From assembly GCA_964609425.1 (NCBI GenBank), contig CAZSSV010000001.1, positions 905-38,642 on the forward strand: a DNA stretch of 37,738 bases, in the 5' to 3' direction. The stretch comes from an uncultured Isosphaeraceae bacterium (GTDB taxonomy: Bacteria; Planctomycetota; Phycisphaerae; Phycisphaerales; SM1A02). Under the pieces are notes generated by a model. It was given only the letters and a program-made list of their open reading frames with translations. It was not told the DNA's origin and did no database searches. The stretch's first letter is position 1. Each line of letters starts with the position of its first letter. Shown here piece by piece: positions 1 through 9,236 of this stretch. Both the position numbers and the translations under genes were made by a program.

Positions 1-119
1 GGGCGGAGAACATCGTCATGGAGGGCGTGGACCACGTCGGCTTGCTGCACGACGCAGCCTTCCTTTTCGATTGCCAAGCTGCATTGGGGGCCGGGTGGGT
101 CCAGGGGCCCCAGGCATGA
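1..119 (+). CDS. 3' end of an unidentified CDS entering from the left edge (frame 3, ...AENIVMEGVDHVGLLHDAAFLFDCQAALGAGWVQGPQA*)
   Basis: Frame 3 is open from position 3 to TGA at 117-119. Third codon positions are strongly G/C-biased, unlike the other frames. No domain is recognisable in 38 aa. Confidence 0.45.
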   Translation, partial: AENIVMEGVDHVGLLHDAAFLFDCQAALGAGWVQGPQA

Positions 120-185
120 GCCCGGCGCGTCGAGACCGGCCTGGCCCTGCTCGAGCATCTTCTGGGCGAAGCGTGGGCAACCGAC

Positions 186-2069
186 ATGGCGGTCGATGGT
201 GCCATTCTCGGGCTGCCCGACCCCACCAGGCACGCGGCGGCCATGGCCGTCATTGACGATGCGATGGTGGTGAGTTCGAGCGTGGAAGCTGACCTCCGCG
301 CGTGCGGCGATGCTGGCCGGCGTGTGGCCGTGGAGGCTCGAGCGTGGCGGCAGGCCCGGGGCGTGGCGTGCGCTGCCGCGGCGCTGCTTTCGCCGGCAGA
401 CACCACCGCTGCCGCCGAGGCGCGGCTCCATCTGCAGTCCGAACGCGATGCCAGAGCGCAACGCTTGCTCACACACCTTCAGGGCGTCTGCGGTGATCTG
501 GCCCATCAATTGTCGGTGCAGGCGGTGATCGATGATGCGACGGCGCCGCCCGTCGAGCGGGCGGCAGCGCGTGCTGTGTTGCTGAGGCTGGGACTCGATG
601 CGGAGTGGCAGCGGGCCATCGACGCGGCGGCGACGCCGTGGGCGGTCGCGCTGATGGCCGAGGCTGCGATGGCCGGGGCGGCATCACCTCAGCGTGCGCT
701 GATGATGGTCGGACCGGTCCGCAGGGGGTTGGTGCGGGTCGGGATGTCACACAGTGATGCGTTTGCCCTGGCCCGCGACTTTGCATCGCGGGTGGGGCCA
801 TGTGACGGGCTGCCGCTGGATGCCGGCGATCGGTTGGATGCCGCTGCGGTCGTGGGGGCAGCAGCGTGGGCGACGACGCCCGAGACGGCCGCAGCATGGC
901 TGGCGCAGTGCGCCCGCCGCGATCTGCACCCGCTCGACGTGGCATCGTGCCTGGCGGCCCGGGGGCGGATACTCGAGGCAGGCGGGGATCTCGCCGAAGC
1001 GATGCAGGACTGGCGGGCGGCGGCCGAACTGGGCGGGCAGGCCGCCGGAGGCAGGTGGGACCGCGCGGCGCGTGGCGCCACCACGCGCGCCCGGCAGGGG
1101 GATGGTGACCAGGCACGGGAGGTGCTCGCGTTGGCTGCCCGCTTCGGGGACCGCGGCTCGGCGTGGCTGCTGACCCTCGCGGCGATCGAAGCGCAGTCGG
1201 GGGAGGAGGCGGCCGCCATTGAGCGTCTGCGTGGGCTCGAGCCGGGAGGGCAGGATCACCTCGAAGCCCTGTCGCAGATTGGATCCATCGTCGCGTCGCG
1301 TCGCGCGCGGGTTGGCGGTTGGTCGGCGGACGACGCTGTGGTGCTGCAGGAGGCGCGGGCGGCCGCGATGGCGGCTGCACATCAACAGCGTGATGTCGCT
1401 CGCGCGGCGGCGGCTCGGCCGGTCGCGGCTGAATTGGCGGCGGTGCTTCTCGAGCACGCGCTGTACACCCACGGGCCCGACGTTGCGGCGACGCGATTGG
1501 AAGACGACCCGGCCGTGGGCTGGATGCCGGCCGAACGCGTGGACCACATCCGCCTGCGTCTGGCGGTGGCCCGTCGGGACTGGGTCGCAGTCGCCAGTCT
1601 GGCGGCTGATGGGGAGGCGGCCGGCGTGAGGGACCTGTTGTGGCGATGCAGATCGCTTGGGCCCGAGGACGCGGCCCGCCTGATTGCGGTGGTCGACGTG
1701 CCGGCCCCAGCCGGTTCAATTCACGAACTGCTCGGCATCGCGGACCTGCTCGTCGCCGGCGGTGATGTGGCCTCCGCCGTGCAGTGGTATGACGCCGTGC
1801 TCGCGATCGATGCCACGCTGCTGCCTGCCATCCTCGGGCGATGCGAGTGCCTGCGACACTCGGGCGAGCGGGCGGTTCTGGCAGATGTGGCCGAGGGGTA
1901 TCGCCAGATCGCGGCGCTTCCACGCGACGACGACCCGGACCGGTGGCGAATGGCCAACCTGCGTCTGATCGAAGTGCTTCGCCGCGCGGGCGTCGATCCG
2001 AGCCGCCTTGACGCAAAGCTTGCCCGGCTGCGGGCGATTGATCCTGAGTTGGGTGTGCTCAGACCGTGA
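186..2069 (+). CDS. Hypothetical Ala/Arg-rich all-helical protein (627 aa), TPR-like C-terminal part
   Basis: Long ORF with high GC3 in this frame. The competing 515-aa antisense ORF is Pro/Arg-rich junk. The C-terminal segment (VASAVQWYDAVLAIDATLLPAILGRCECLRHSGE...) looks TPR-like by eye. No catalytic motif seen. Confidence 0.6.
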   Translation: MAVDGAILGLPDPTRHAAAMAVIDDAMVVSSSVEADLRACGDAGRRVAVEARAWRQARGVACAAAALLSPADTTAAAEARLHLQSERDARAQRLLTHLQGVCGDLAHQLSVQAVIDDATAPPVERAAARAVLLRLGLDAEWQRAIDAAATPWAVALMAEAAMAGAASPQRALMMVGPVRRGLVRVGMSHSDAFALARDFASRVGPCDGLPLDAGDRLDAAAVVGAAAWATTPETAAAWLAQCARRDLHPLDVASCLAARGRILEAGGDLAEAMQDWRAAAELGGQAAGGRWDRAARGATTRARQGDGDQAREVLALAARFGDRGSAWLLTLAAIEAQSGEEAAAIERLRGLEPGGQDHLEALSQIGSIVASRRARVGGWSADDAVVLQEARAAAMAAAHQQRDVARAAAARPVAAELAAVLLEHALYTHGPDVAATRLEDDPAVGWMPAERVDHIRLRLAVARRDWVAVASLAADGEAAGVRDLLWRCRSLGPEDAARLIAVVDVPAPAGSIHELLGIADLLVAGGDVASAVQWYDAVLAIDATLLPAILGRCECLRHSGERAVLADVAEGYRQIAALPRDDDPDRWRMANLRLIEVLRRAGVDPSRLDAKLARLRAIDPELGVLRP

Positions 2070-2762
2070 TCATCGCATCAGACGCAATTCGTCCCGGAGG
2101 ATCGCCGCCAGTTCGTAATTCTCCGACATGAGGGCGTCCTGGAGGCGAGCCGCAAGTTCGACTCGCTGAGAGGCGGGAAGCCGCGGAATGAGCAAGTCCT
2201 GCATGCCCTCCAGCAGGCGGATGTCATTGGCGCGGTCGTGGTCGTCCGGCTCGATGAGCGATCGAAGTTCACGCAGCGCGTCCTCGAGGGCCATGCGTGC
2301 CAGGTCTGTTCGCTTGCCAGCGAGTGCAGCCTCGGCAGCGGCGCGGGCCCGGAGCGTGATTCCCCGGCGCAGGTAGTGCCTGGCCACCTCGTCGTCACCC
2401 CCACGCTGCACCATCAACAGCCCGATGTGGCGTATGTGGTCACCGTCTCTGGTGGCCCGCGTTGGATCTCCGAGCAGCAGGAGCGCCTGGATGCGGGCGT
2501 CGAACTGGGCGACTTCATCGCGGAGGGCGAGAAACTCCTCGGCAGACAGCGCGTCGGTCGAGGCCGACATGGCGTCGAGTGCGGTCGGGGCGTTCTCCCG
2601 CGGAACGCCGTCCGGGCGGCCGTCCAACTCCATTTGGAGCACGCCCAGGGAGACACGAACCTGAATGACCGATCGGCCGTCCGAGGTCTCGATGATTCGG
2701 ACGTCCAGCCCCCGAGCGTCGTAGGGCCAACCCTGCAGCAGTGCAGTCAGATCGGCGTCCAT
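2070..2762 (-). CDS. UVR (UvrB/UvrC-motif) domain-containing protein, 230 aa
   Basis: I trimmed the track ORF 2070-2927 to Met56 (ATG at 2762), which is preceded by AGGAGG. The C-terminus LQDALMSENYELAAILRDELRLMR is a typical UVR motif. Confidence 0.7.
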   Translation of the reverse strand: MDADLTALLQGWPYDARGLDVRIIETSDGRSVIQVRVSLGVLQMELDGRPDGVPRENAPTALDAMSASTDALSAEEFLALRDEVAQFDARIQALLLLGDPTRATRDGDHIRHIGLLMVQRGGDDEVARHYLRRGITLRARAAAEAALAGKRTDLARMALEDALRELRSLIEPDDHDRANDIRLLEGMQDLLIPRLPASQRVELAARLQDALMSENYELAAILRDELRLMR

Positions 2763-3073
2763 GGGAATCCAGCCTCCTGAGGTTCGGATTATTCCGGCCG
2801 TGCGGGACAGGCGACACGATGGTCTCAACCAACTGCTTGACAGGCCATTGTTGCGGTCAAGAGAGCCGTTTGATGGTTCGATTGTACTGCCAGTCCTTGG
2901 TTTCTCCGGATTCGAAGGATCGGTCACACGCTGCTATCGGACGTTGATAGGGGGTGTGTACCTGCCCGCCGCCCATGCAGGGCGACGGGGGGTTGACCGG
3001 GTGCCTGGAGGCACCAATCGAGCCGCACTCGTGTGGAGGCGGCTGGCGCCCGGTATCGCAGGAATGGTCTGAC

Positions 3074-3910
3074 ATGGCACGGTACGCATCCGATCGAAAC
3101 CTGGAGGTTTACCTCCGCGACATCAATCAGGTCCCACTCTTGACGGCGTTACAGGAGCGAGATCTGGGATGGCGGATCATCAATGACAACGATCTGGCGG
3201 CCAAGGATCACATGATTCGTGCCAACCTCAGGCTGGTGGTGGCGATCAGCAAGAATTACACCAAGCGAGGCCTTCCGATCGGTGACTTGATCGAGGAGGG
3301 CAACATTGGCTTGATTCGCGCCGTCGAGGGCTTTGACCCTGCGCAGGGAGCGAGGTTCTCCACGTACGCCTCGTGGTGGATCAAGCAGTCCATCAAGCGG
3401 ACACTGATCAATGCGCGGCATCCCATTCATGTGCCGGCGTACATGGTGGAACTGATTACGCGATGGAGACGGACCAGTCGCCTCTTTGAGGCTGACCACG
3501 GTCGTCAGCCGACCACCGAAGAGATGGCTGACCTCATGGACATTCCGCACCGGAAGGCCCTGATCGTCCTGAAGGCGATGCAGGCCCACCGGTCTGCGTC
3601 GCACGCGCCGACCATGGAAGACGGCGAGGCACTCGACTTTGCCAGCGTGGTTCCGGATGGGCGGCATGAAAACCCCGAATCCGTCTTTGGTCGCACCGAA
3701 GATCTGCAGGCGGTGTTGTCCATTCTCGAGACGCTCGAGGAGCGCGGCGCTCGCGTGCTCCGATTGCGATACGGACTCGAGGGGCAGGCACCGTTGACGC
3801 TCAAGCAGATTGGGGTGGTCATCGGGTTGACCCGCGAACGTGTCAGGCAGATCGAGATGGACACGCTCCGCCGCATTCAGCACAAGCTCAAGCAGCGCCG
3901 CGTGGCCTGA
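3074..3910 (+). CDS. RNA polymerase sigma factor, sigma-70 family (compact group 2/3-like, 278 aa)
   Basis: Region 2 ([39 protein letters not shown]), region 3 ([11 protein letters not shown]) and region 4 ([33 protein letters not shown]) are all present. Start chosen at MARYASD; the upstream part of the track ORF is non-homologous. Confidence 0.9.
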   Translation: MARYASDRNLEVYLRDINQVPLLTALQERDLGWRIINDNDLAAKDHMIRANLRLVVAISKNYTKRGLPIGDLIEEGNIGLIRAVEGFDPAQGARFSTYASWWIKQSIKRTLINARHPIHVPAYMVELITRWRRTSRLFEADHGRQPTTEEMADLMDIPHRKALIVLKAMQAHRSASHAPTMEDGEALDFASVVPDGRHENPESVFGRTEDLQAVLSILETLEERGARVLRLRYGLEGQAPLTLKQIGVVIGLTRERVRQIEMDTLRRIQHKLKQRRVA

Positions 3911-3913
3911 CCG

Positions 3914-5038
3914 CTACTTCTTCAGGAATGGTAGGGCGCACGTTTCGCCGTGGACCTCGGTTCGACCGAGGTCGACACAGACCGCGGTGCCCGGTTCGGC
4001 GGCGTCACGATGGACAAGTGCCATGGCGATTGATCGCTCCAGCGTCGGGCTGAAGCAGCCGCTGGTGACCGTTCCAATGTCGACACCGTCCTGCCGCACG
4101 GCCATGCCCTGGCGGGCGGCGCGGCGACCTTCCAGCAGCAGGCCGGTGAGCCGCCGCTCCGGGCCGCCGCCGGCGGCGATGCTCTGAAGGGCATCCTGCC
4201 CGATGAATCGAGGCGTGTCGTCCGACTCCCCTTTGTCGAGCTTGACGGCAAAGTTGAGACCCGCGGTCAGCGGATCGATGTCTTCCGTGATTTCGTGCCC
4301 GTAGAGGGCCATGCCAGCTTCGAGGCGGAGTGAGTCCCGGGCACCCAGACCACATGGCCTGACGGTCGTGTCGTCGGCGTCCACATTGCCCAGGAGCATT
4401 TTGACCATCTGTCCCGCGACCATTCTGGGAAGGATGACTTCGACGCCGTCTTCGCCGGTGTAGCCCGTACGGGAGACGAGGAACTTGGCGATCAAGATGG
4501 ACTTCTGTGTAAACCGGTAGCGTTTGAGCGTCGGGATCTCCCGGGAGAACTGCCCGATCAGTTCCATGACCTTCGGCCCCTGTACAGCCACCATGGCCGT
4601 GGACTCGGTCTCGTCGCGGAGCTTGAAGACCATGTCGGCTCGAACGTTGTCAATGTGCCCCAGAAGCTTCTCTCGATTCGCCGCGTTGCAGACCATGAGG
4701 TACTCAGACTCGCCGATGCAGTAGACGAGCACGTCGTCCTTGCATCCTCCCTGGTCGTTGCAGACGAGGCCATACCGAACCTGGCCGGGCTGCATGCCGC
4801 CGATCTGTCGCGTGCAGATGGAGTCCAGAAACGGCTGGGCATCGCGGCCGGAGAACCGGAGCCGCCCCATGTGGGACACATCGAACATGCCTCCACTGCG
4901 GCGCACCTGATGATGCTCTTCAATGATCGACCCGTAGTGCAGCGGCATGTCCCAGCCCGTGTAGTCGACGAGCTTGGCGCCATGATCGGCGTGAAATGCG
5001 TGAAAGGGCGTTTGCCGCAGTGGTGTCATCGTGGCCAT
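3914..5038 (-). CDS. gcvT: Glycine cleavage system aminomethyltransferase (T protein)
   Basis: MATMTPLRQTPFHAFHADHGAKLVDYTGWDMPLHYGSIIEEHHQVRRSGGMFDVSHMG... is a classic GcvT N-terminus. At 374 aa the size is typical. The track ORF 3914-5806 is an artefactual 5' extension into lpxD. Confidence 0.92.
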   Translation of the reverse strand: MATMTPLRQTPFHAFHADHGAKLVDYTGWDMPLHYGSIIEEHHQVRRSGGMFDVSHMGRLRFSGRDAQPFLDSICTRQIGGMQPGQVRYGLVCNDQGGCKDDVLVYCIGESEYLMVCNAANREKLLGHIDNVRADMVFKLRDETESTAMVAVQGPKVMELIGQFSREIPTLKRYRFTQKSILIAKFLVSRTGYTGEDGVEVILPRMVAGQMVKMLLGNVDADDTTVRPCGLGARDSLRLEAGMALYGHEITEDIDPLTAGLNFAVKLDKGESDDTPRFIGQDALQSIAAGGGPERRLTGLLLEGRRAARQGMAVRQDGVDIGTVTSGCFSPTLERSIAMALVHRDAAEPGTAVCVDLGRTEVHGETCALPFLKK

Positions 5039-5057
5039 TCCGGCATCGTATCGGAGA

Positions 5058-6104
5058 TCACTCCCGGGATGACTTGGCCGCGGCCCGCTCGAGTTTTTTG
5101 ACGCGGCGGAACAGCTCGGCCAGGTTGGTGCCGGCCAGCGCATTTCTCTTGGCCGTGTCGGCCGAGATCGCAGGCGCACCGCCGATGAGCGTTCCTGAGT
5201 CGATGTCGCTGACGATGCCCGACTGGGCCAGTGCCTGCACACAGTCACCGACCTCCAGGTGCCCGGCGACGCCGACTTGTCCACCCAGGACCACATGGTG
5301 GCCCAGCTTGGCCGATCCAGCGACACCGACCAGTGAAACGAGCAGGCAATGCGGGCCGATGGTCGTGCCGTGTCCGATCGAAATGAGGTCAGCAAACTTG
5401 GTGCCCTGACCGATGCGGGTCTCGCCCATGGCGGCCCGTTCGACGACGCAGTTTCCGCCCAGTTCCACGTCATCTTCGATGACGACAATGCCATGTTGGG
5501 GAATCTTGTGGTGCGCTCCGGCGTGCGTGGCATATCCGAAGCCATCATTGCCAATGACGGTGCCGGCGTGCAGCGTGACGCGATTGCCCAGGACGCAGTG
5601 TTCGTGCACGACGACGTTCGGGAAGAGCACGCAGTCGTCACCGATGGTGGCGTCTGGCCCGACCCAAACCCCCGGGTAGAGGTGGCAGCCTCGGCCGATC
5701 GCGGCACCCCGCTCGACGACGGCGAATGGATGGATACGGGTCTGCTCACCAATGACTGCCGTCTCGTGGACGACGGCTCGGCCGCTCCGCCCCGCGCCAT
5801 GGTCATCGATCGGTTCGGGGTGAATGCGGGTGCCCAGCAGCGCTATGACGGCATTTCGGAACGCGAAGTAGGGATCGTCACAGGTCAGGGTGGCCAGGCC
5901 CTCTGGGCAGTCGATGCCCGGGCTGATCAAAACAGCGCCCGCGGAGGTGGTTTCAAGATGGCTGCGATACCGGGCGTTTGAGAGAAACGTCAATTCGTCG
6001 CTGGAGGCCGATTCGATGCCAGCGCACCGCGTGATGGCGTGATCAGGGTCGCCATCAAGCGTGGCGCCGAGGTGGTCCGCGAGTTCTCCCAAGGTCATCG
6101 CCAT
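5058..6104 (-). CDS. lpxD: UDP-3-O-acylglucosamine N-acyltransferase, divergent paralog (LpxD-1)
   Basis: LpxD-type N-terminal domain (LGELADHLGATLDGDPDHAITRCAGIESASSDELTFLSN) followed by left-handed beta-helix hexapeptide repeats and GFGYA. The catalytic-His region reads ISIGHGTTIG. It lies 19 nt upstream of gcvT on the same strand. Confidence 0.88.
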   Translation of the reverse strand: MAMTLGELADHLGATLDGDPDHAITRCAGIESASSDELTFLSNARYRSHLETTSAGAVLISPGIDCPEGLATLTCDDPYFAFRNAVIALLGTRIHPEPIDDHGAGRSGRAVVHETAVIGEQTRIHPFAVVERGAAIGRGCHLYPGVWVGPDATIGDDCVLFPNVVVHEHCVLGNRVTLHAGTVIGNDGFGYATHAGAHHKIPQHGIVVIEDDVELGGNCVVERAAMGETRIGQGTKFADLISIGHGTTIGPHCLLVSLVGVAGSAKLGHHVVLGGQVGVAGHLEVGDCVQALAQSGIVSDIDSGTLIGGAPAISADTAKRNALAGTNLAELFRRVKKLERAAAKSSRE

Positions 6105-6197
6105 CGTGCCGCTCCTTGCTCGCTCGGCTGGCGCAGGGTACCTCCGGTCCCTCCCGGCGGCATCCCCAGGGGTGGCCCGGTATCCTCCGAGCCCCGC

Positions 6198-8555
6198 ATG
6201 GGCCGGATCACAACCATTCTGTCGGGTCTCATGGTGACGCTTGTCGTGACGGCGGCTGCGCGGGCCGCAGCACCCGATGCAGACTCGTTGCTTGACCGGC
6301 CGATCGGCTCTATTCAAGTCGAGGGCCTTGAGCGGGTTCAGGAGCAGAAGGTTCTCAACAACATCCGATCGCGGGTCGGCCAGCCCTACGACCCCGAGAC
6401 GGCCCAGGGGGACATCTCCAGGCTCACCCGGCTCGGTGACTTTGCGAGCATCGACATCGTTGCCGAACTCGGCCCCGACGGAACGGTGGACCTGGCGTAC
6501 TTCTTTCGAGAGGAGCGGCTGCTCGCGGCGGTCTCGGTTGTGGGCAACCGCCAACTGGCCGACGGGGCGTTGCTGGGTCCGACGGGTCTGCATCGCGGCT
6601 CTCCGAGGGACGACTTCCTCATCCAGCGCGGCATTCGCGAGATGGAAGAGGCGTACCACACCAAGGGCTACTACCTGGCCGAGGTGACGATCAACGATGC
6701 CGAGCTCGAGGAACACGACATTCTCATTTTCGAGGTCATAGAAGGGCCTCGTGTACGGATTCGCGCCATCGAGTTCGCTGGCGCCACGGCCTTCAGCGAT
6801 CGAAAGCTTGCTGCTGAGATTGAGACGACGACCTGGTTTCCGTTCCTTCGGCGTGGTGAGGTTGATCAAGACCAGTTGGCGGCCGATGTGTCGTCCCTGC
6901 ACAGGTTCTATCACGACCGCGGTTGGATTGACGTGCGAGTTGACAAGGAGATCGAGGTCAGCCCGAGTCAGCGGGAGGCCAAGGTTGTCTTCCTCGTCGA
7001 AGAGGGAAGGCGATACACCGTCGAGGAGATTCGGGTGACGGCCCCCGGTGGCGTCCCGCTTGAGGTGTTCTCGAGCGAGCAACTCGCCGCGATCATGAAC
7101 ATCAAGGTCGGTGACGTTTTTGGGCAGGACCTTGTAGACCGCTCGCGAAAGTCAATCGCGGACTCCTACGGCGTTCTCGGCTATCTCGACGCGCGTGTGG
7201 TCATCGTGCCCATCCGACGAGGCACGAGCACCGAACTCTCGCTGCTCGTCGAGGTCGATGAAGGGCAAGTCGCCAACGTCGGTCTTGTCAATATCACGGG
7301 CAATATCCTGACGAAGGACAAGATCATCCGCACGCAGATCGGGCTCATTCCAGGGCGGCGGTTTGATGCGCGGGAAGTCGAAGCCACCAAGGAACGGATC
7401 ATGGGCACCGGCCTGTTCGGTGACGCCAAGGTGTCGGTGCAACAGCCGAGCGAGGCGGACTCCTCGACGAGAGACGTCCTGGTCGAGATCAAGGAGAAGA
7501 ACACCGGTGCGATCAACTTCGGTGTCGGGTTCGGATCGGATTCCGGCGTGCTCGGAAACATCTCACTGACCCAGAACAATTTCGATCTCTTTGATGTTCC
7601 CGAGACCTTCGGCGAATTCATCCGAGGCCGGGCATTCCGTGGGGCTGGGCAGCGATTTGCGCTGAACTTTCAGCCAGGCACCGAGATCTTTGCCTACGAC
7701 GTGAGTCTGACGGAGCCGCAGATTCTCGGAACGCCATTCGCCCTGGGTGGGAGCGCCGGGTACTTTCGCCGGGCCTACGTGAACTACACGGAGGAGCGGA
7801 CCTCCGCGGGCCTTTCACTTGCCCGAAGGCTCGGTGATGTGTGGTACGGCTCACTCAGGCTGGACGCGGCCAGCGTGGAGCTCACCGACCTGAACCCATT
7901 CGAGCCTGTGGACGTCCTGGAGGACGCCGGTCCGGAGACCCTGGTCAGCCTCGGTCTGACGCTCACGCGCACAACGATCGACCGAATGACCCGTCCCACG
8001 CGTGGCAGCCGGACCCAGTTGTCGCTGGCCAATTGGGGCATGATCGGTGGGCAACGCAGCTTCAATCGAGTCTCGGTCGATTACACAACCTACTTTGCCC
8101 TCGATCGCGACTTCCTCGGCCGGGTCTCAACGCTGCGGGTGGATGGGCAGGTCGGCCAGCTCTTCGGCGGTGATGCGCCCACGTATGAGCGGTTCTATCT
8201 GGGTGGCCGTTCGCTGCGGGGCTTCCAGTTCCGTCAGGTGTCTCCCAAGGGCATCGACGCTGCCGGTAACGTGACGGATGTGCCGGTGGGAGGCACCTTC
8301 ATGGTGTTCCTGGGCACCCAATACCAGCGGCCTCTGGTTGGTGAAATGCTCGATGGTGTGGTGTTCATCGACTCTGGAACGGTGAATGACGATCCGGGCT
8401 TCGACCAGTATCGCGTTTCCGTAGGTATTGGCCTGCGGGTGTATATTCCCCAACTCGGCCCTACACCCCTGGCGTTTGACTTTGCGTTCCCGATGCTCAA
8501 GCAGGACGGGGACGAGACACAACTGTTCAGTTTCTCGGCCGACCTCCCGTTCTGA
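6198..8555 (+). CDS. bamA: Outer membrane protein assembly factor BamA (POTRA domains + Omp85 barrel)
   Basis: Signal peptide MGRITTILSGLMVTLVVTAAARAAAP. POTRA-like repeats (IQVEGLERVQEQKVLNNI..., IRAIEFAGATAFSDRKL..., VNITGNILTKDKIIR...). C-terminal barrel ending ...LFSFSADLPF. At 785 aa it sits in the classic bamA-skp-lpxD context. Confidence 0.93.
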   Translation: MGRITTILSGLMVTLVVTAAARAAAPDADSLLDRPIGSIQVEGLERVQEQKVLNNIRSRVGQPYDPETAQGDISRLTRLGDFASIDIVAELGPDGTVDLAYFFREERLLAAVSVVGNRQLADGALLGPTGLHRGSPRDDFLIQRGIREMEEAYHTKGYYLAEVTINDAELEEHDILIFEVIEGPRVRIRAIEFAGATAFSDRKLAAEIETTTWFPFLRRGEVDQDQLAADVSSLHRFYHDRGWIDVRVDKEIEVSPSQREAKVVFLVEEGRRYTVEEIRVTAPGGVPLEVFSSEQLAAIMNIKVGDVFGQDLVDRSRKSIADSYGVLGYLDARVVIVPIRRGTSTELSLLVEVDEGQVANVGLVNITGNILTKDKIIRTQIGLIPGRRFDAREVEATKERIMGTGLFGDAKVSVQQPSEADSSTRDVLVEIKEKNTGAINFGVGFGSDSGVLGNISLTQNNFDLFDVPETFGEFIRGRAFRGAGQRFALNFQPGTEIFAYDVSLTEPQILGTPFALGGSAGYFRRAYVNYTEERTSAGLSLARRLGDVWYGSLRLDAASVELTDLNPFEPVDVLEDAGPETLVSLGLTLTRTTIDRMTRPTRGSRTQLSLANWGMIGGQRSFNRVSVDYTTYFALDRDFLGRVSTLRVDGQVGQLFGGDAPTYERFYLGGRSLRGFQFRQVSPKGIDAAGNVTDVPVGGTFMVFLGTQYQRPLVGEMLDGVVFIDSGTVNDDPGFDQYRVSVGIGLRVYIPQLGPTPLAFDFAFPMLKQDGDETQLFSFSADLPF

Positions 8556-8583
8556 GTGGGGGAGCCCGAAGCGGAGGATCTCC

Positions 8584-9213
8584 ATGGCAATTCACACACG
8601 AGTGTCCCTGCCCGTTTTGCTCACAGCGGCCGTCGCGGCGATGTCGGTCGGCATGCTTCCTGGGTCAGCGGCCCAGCAGTCGGCGGTCAGCCCGGTAGCG
8701 GTGGTCAACCTGTCTCAGGTGATGGAAGGGCTCGCCGAGCGAGCGGACGCCGAGGCCGGCCTCCGAGCAAAGGCTCAATCGGTCGCCGCCGAAGCAGAGA
8801 CGATGCAGGCCGACCTTCGTACGCTGCAGGAAGAGTTGATGGCGATCACAGATCCCATCGAGCGGCTCGCGAAGGAGGAGCGAGTCGATGCGGACGTCAT
8901 TCAGTTCATGGCCTGGCAGGAACTGATGAAGCAGGAACTGGATGTCGAGCGTGCGCTGGCGCTCGAAAAACTGTATCGCGACATCATGAGTGCCGTCGCG
9001 GATCTCGCGACAACAGACGGCATCGATCTGGTTCTGGTTCACGATGGTGCTCGGGGCATCGAGACGAACCCCGCGCCAGAGGCCGGACCGCTGGCCACCC
9101 AGGTGCGTCAGCAGATTGCACAGCGACGCATCGCGTTTGCGTCGGACCGGATCGACCGCACCCGGGACGTCATCATTCGGATGAATGCCGACTACAAGAA
9201 TGAGACCCGCTGA
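8584..9213 (+). CDS. skp: OmpH/Skp-family periplasmic chaperone, paralog 1
   Basis: Signal peptide (MAIHTRVSLPVLLTAAVAAMSVGMLPGSAAQ), then a coiled-coil-rich approx 200-aa body. GGAGG lies upstream of the ATG. Position is directly after bamA. Confidence 0.72.
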   Translation: MAIHTRVSLPVLLTAAVAAMSVGMLPGSAAQQSAVSPVAVVNLSQVMEGLAERADAEAGLRAKAQSVAAEAETMQADLRTLQEELMAITDPIERLAKEERVDADVIQFMAWQELMKQELDVERALALEKLYRDIMSAVADLATTDGIDLVLVHDGARGIETNPAPEAGPLATQVRQQIAQRRIAFASDRIDRTRDVIIRMNADYKNETR

Positions 9214-9236
9214 GAGGCCGGGAGAGGACTGACACC

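Noticed and set aside
469-2016. 515-aa minus-strand ORF antisense to the 627-aa gene
   Set aside because: The translation is extremely Pro/Arg/Ala-rich, with no hydrophobic core pattern or motifs. This is the typical shadow ORF of a high-GC coding region, and the plus-strand frame has the GC3 bias.
2837-2842. TTGACA hexamer as a sigma-70 -35 element for the sigma-factor gene
   Set aside because: No acceptable -10 hexamer lies at 16-18 nt spacing (the sequence there is AGAGAG). The hexamer is instead half of the CTTGAC-N14-GTCAAG inverted repeat.
5039-5057. Glycine riboswitch upstream of gcvT
   Set aside because: Only 19 nt separate gcvT from the preceding lpxD-1 stop, which is far too short for the approx 100-200-nt aptamer(s).
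3914-7082. Track ORFs 3914-5806 (630 aa) and 5058-7082 (674 aa) taken at face value as giant proteins
   Set aside because: Homology to GcvT and LpxD begins at internal Mets (5038 and 6104). The upstream extensions are low-complexity and run through the neighbouring genes lpxD-1 and bamA. The same reasoning was applied to 22126-23700, 21605-22399, 13695-15137, 25359-26525, 26279-27682, 33830-35578 and 35575-36870.
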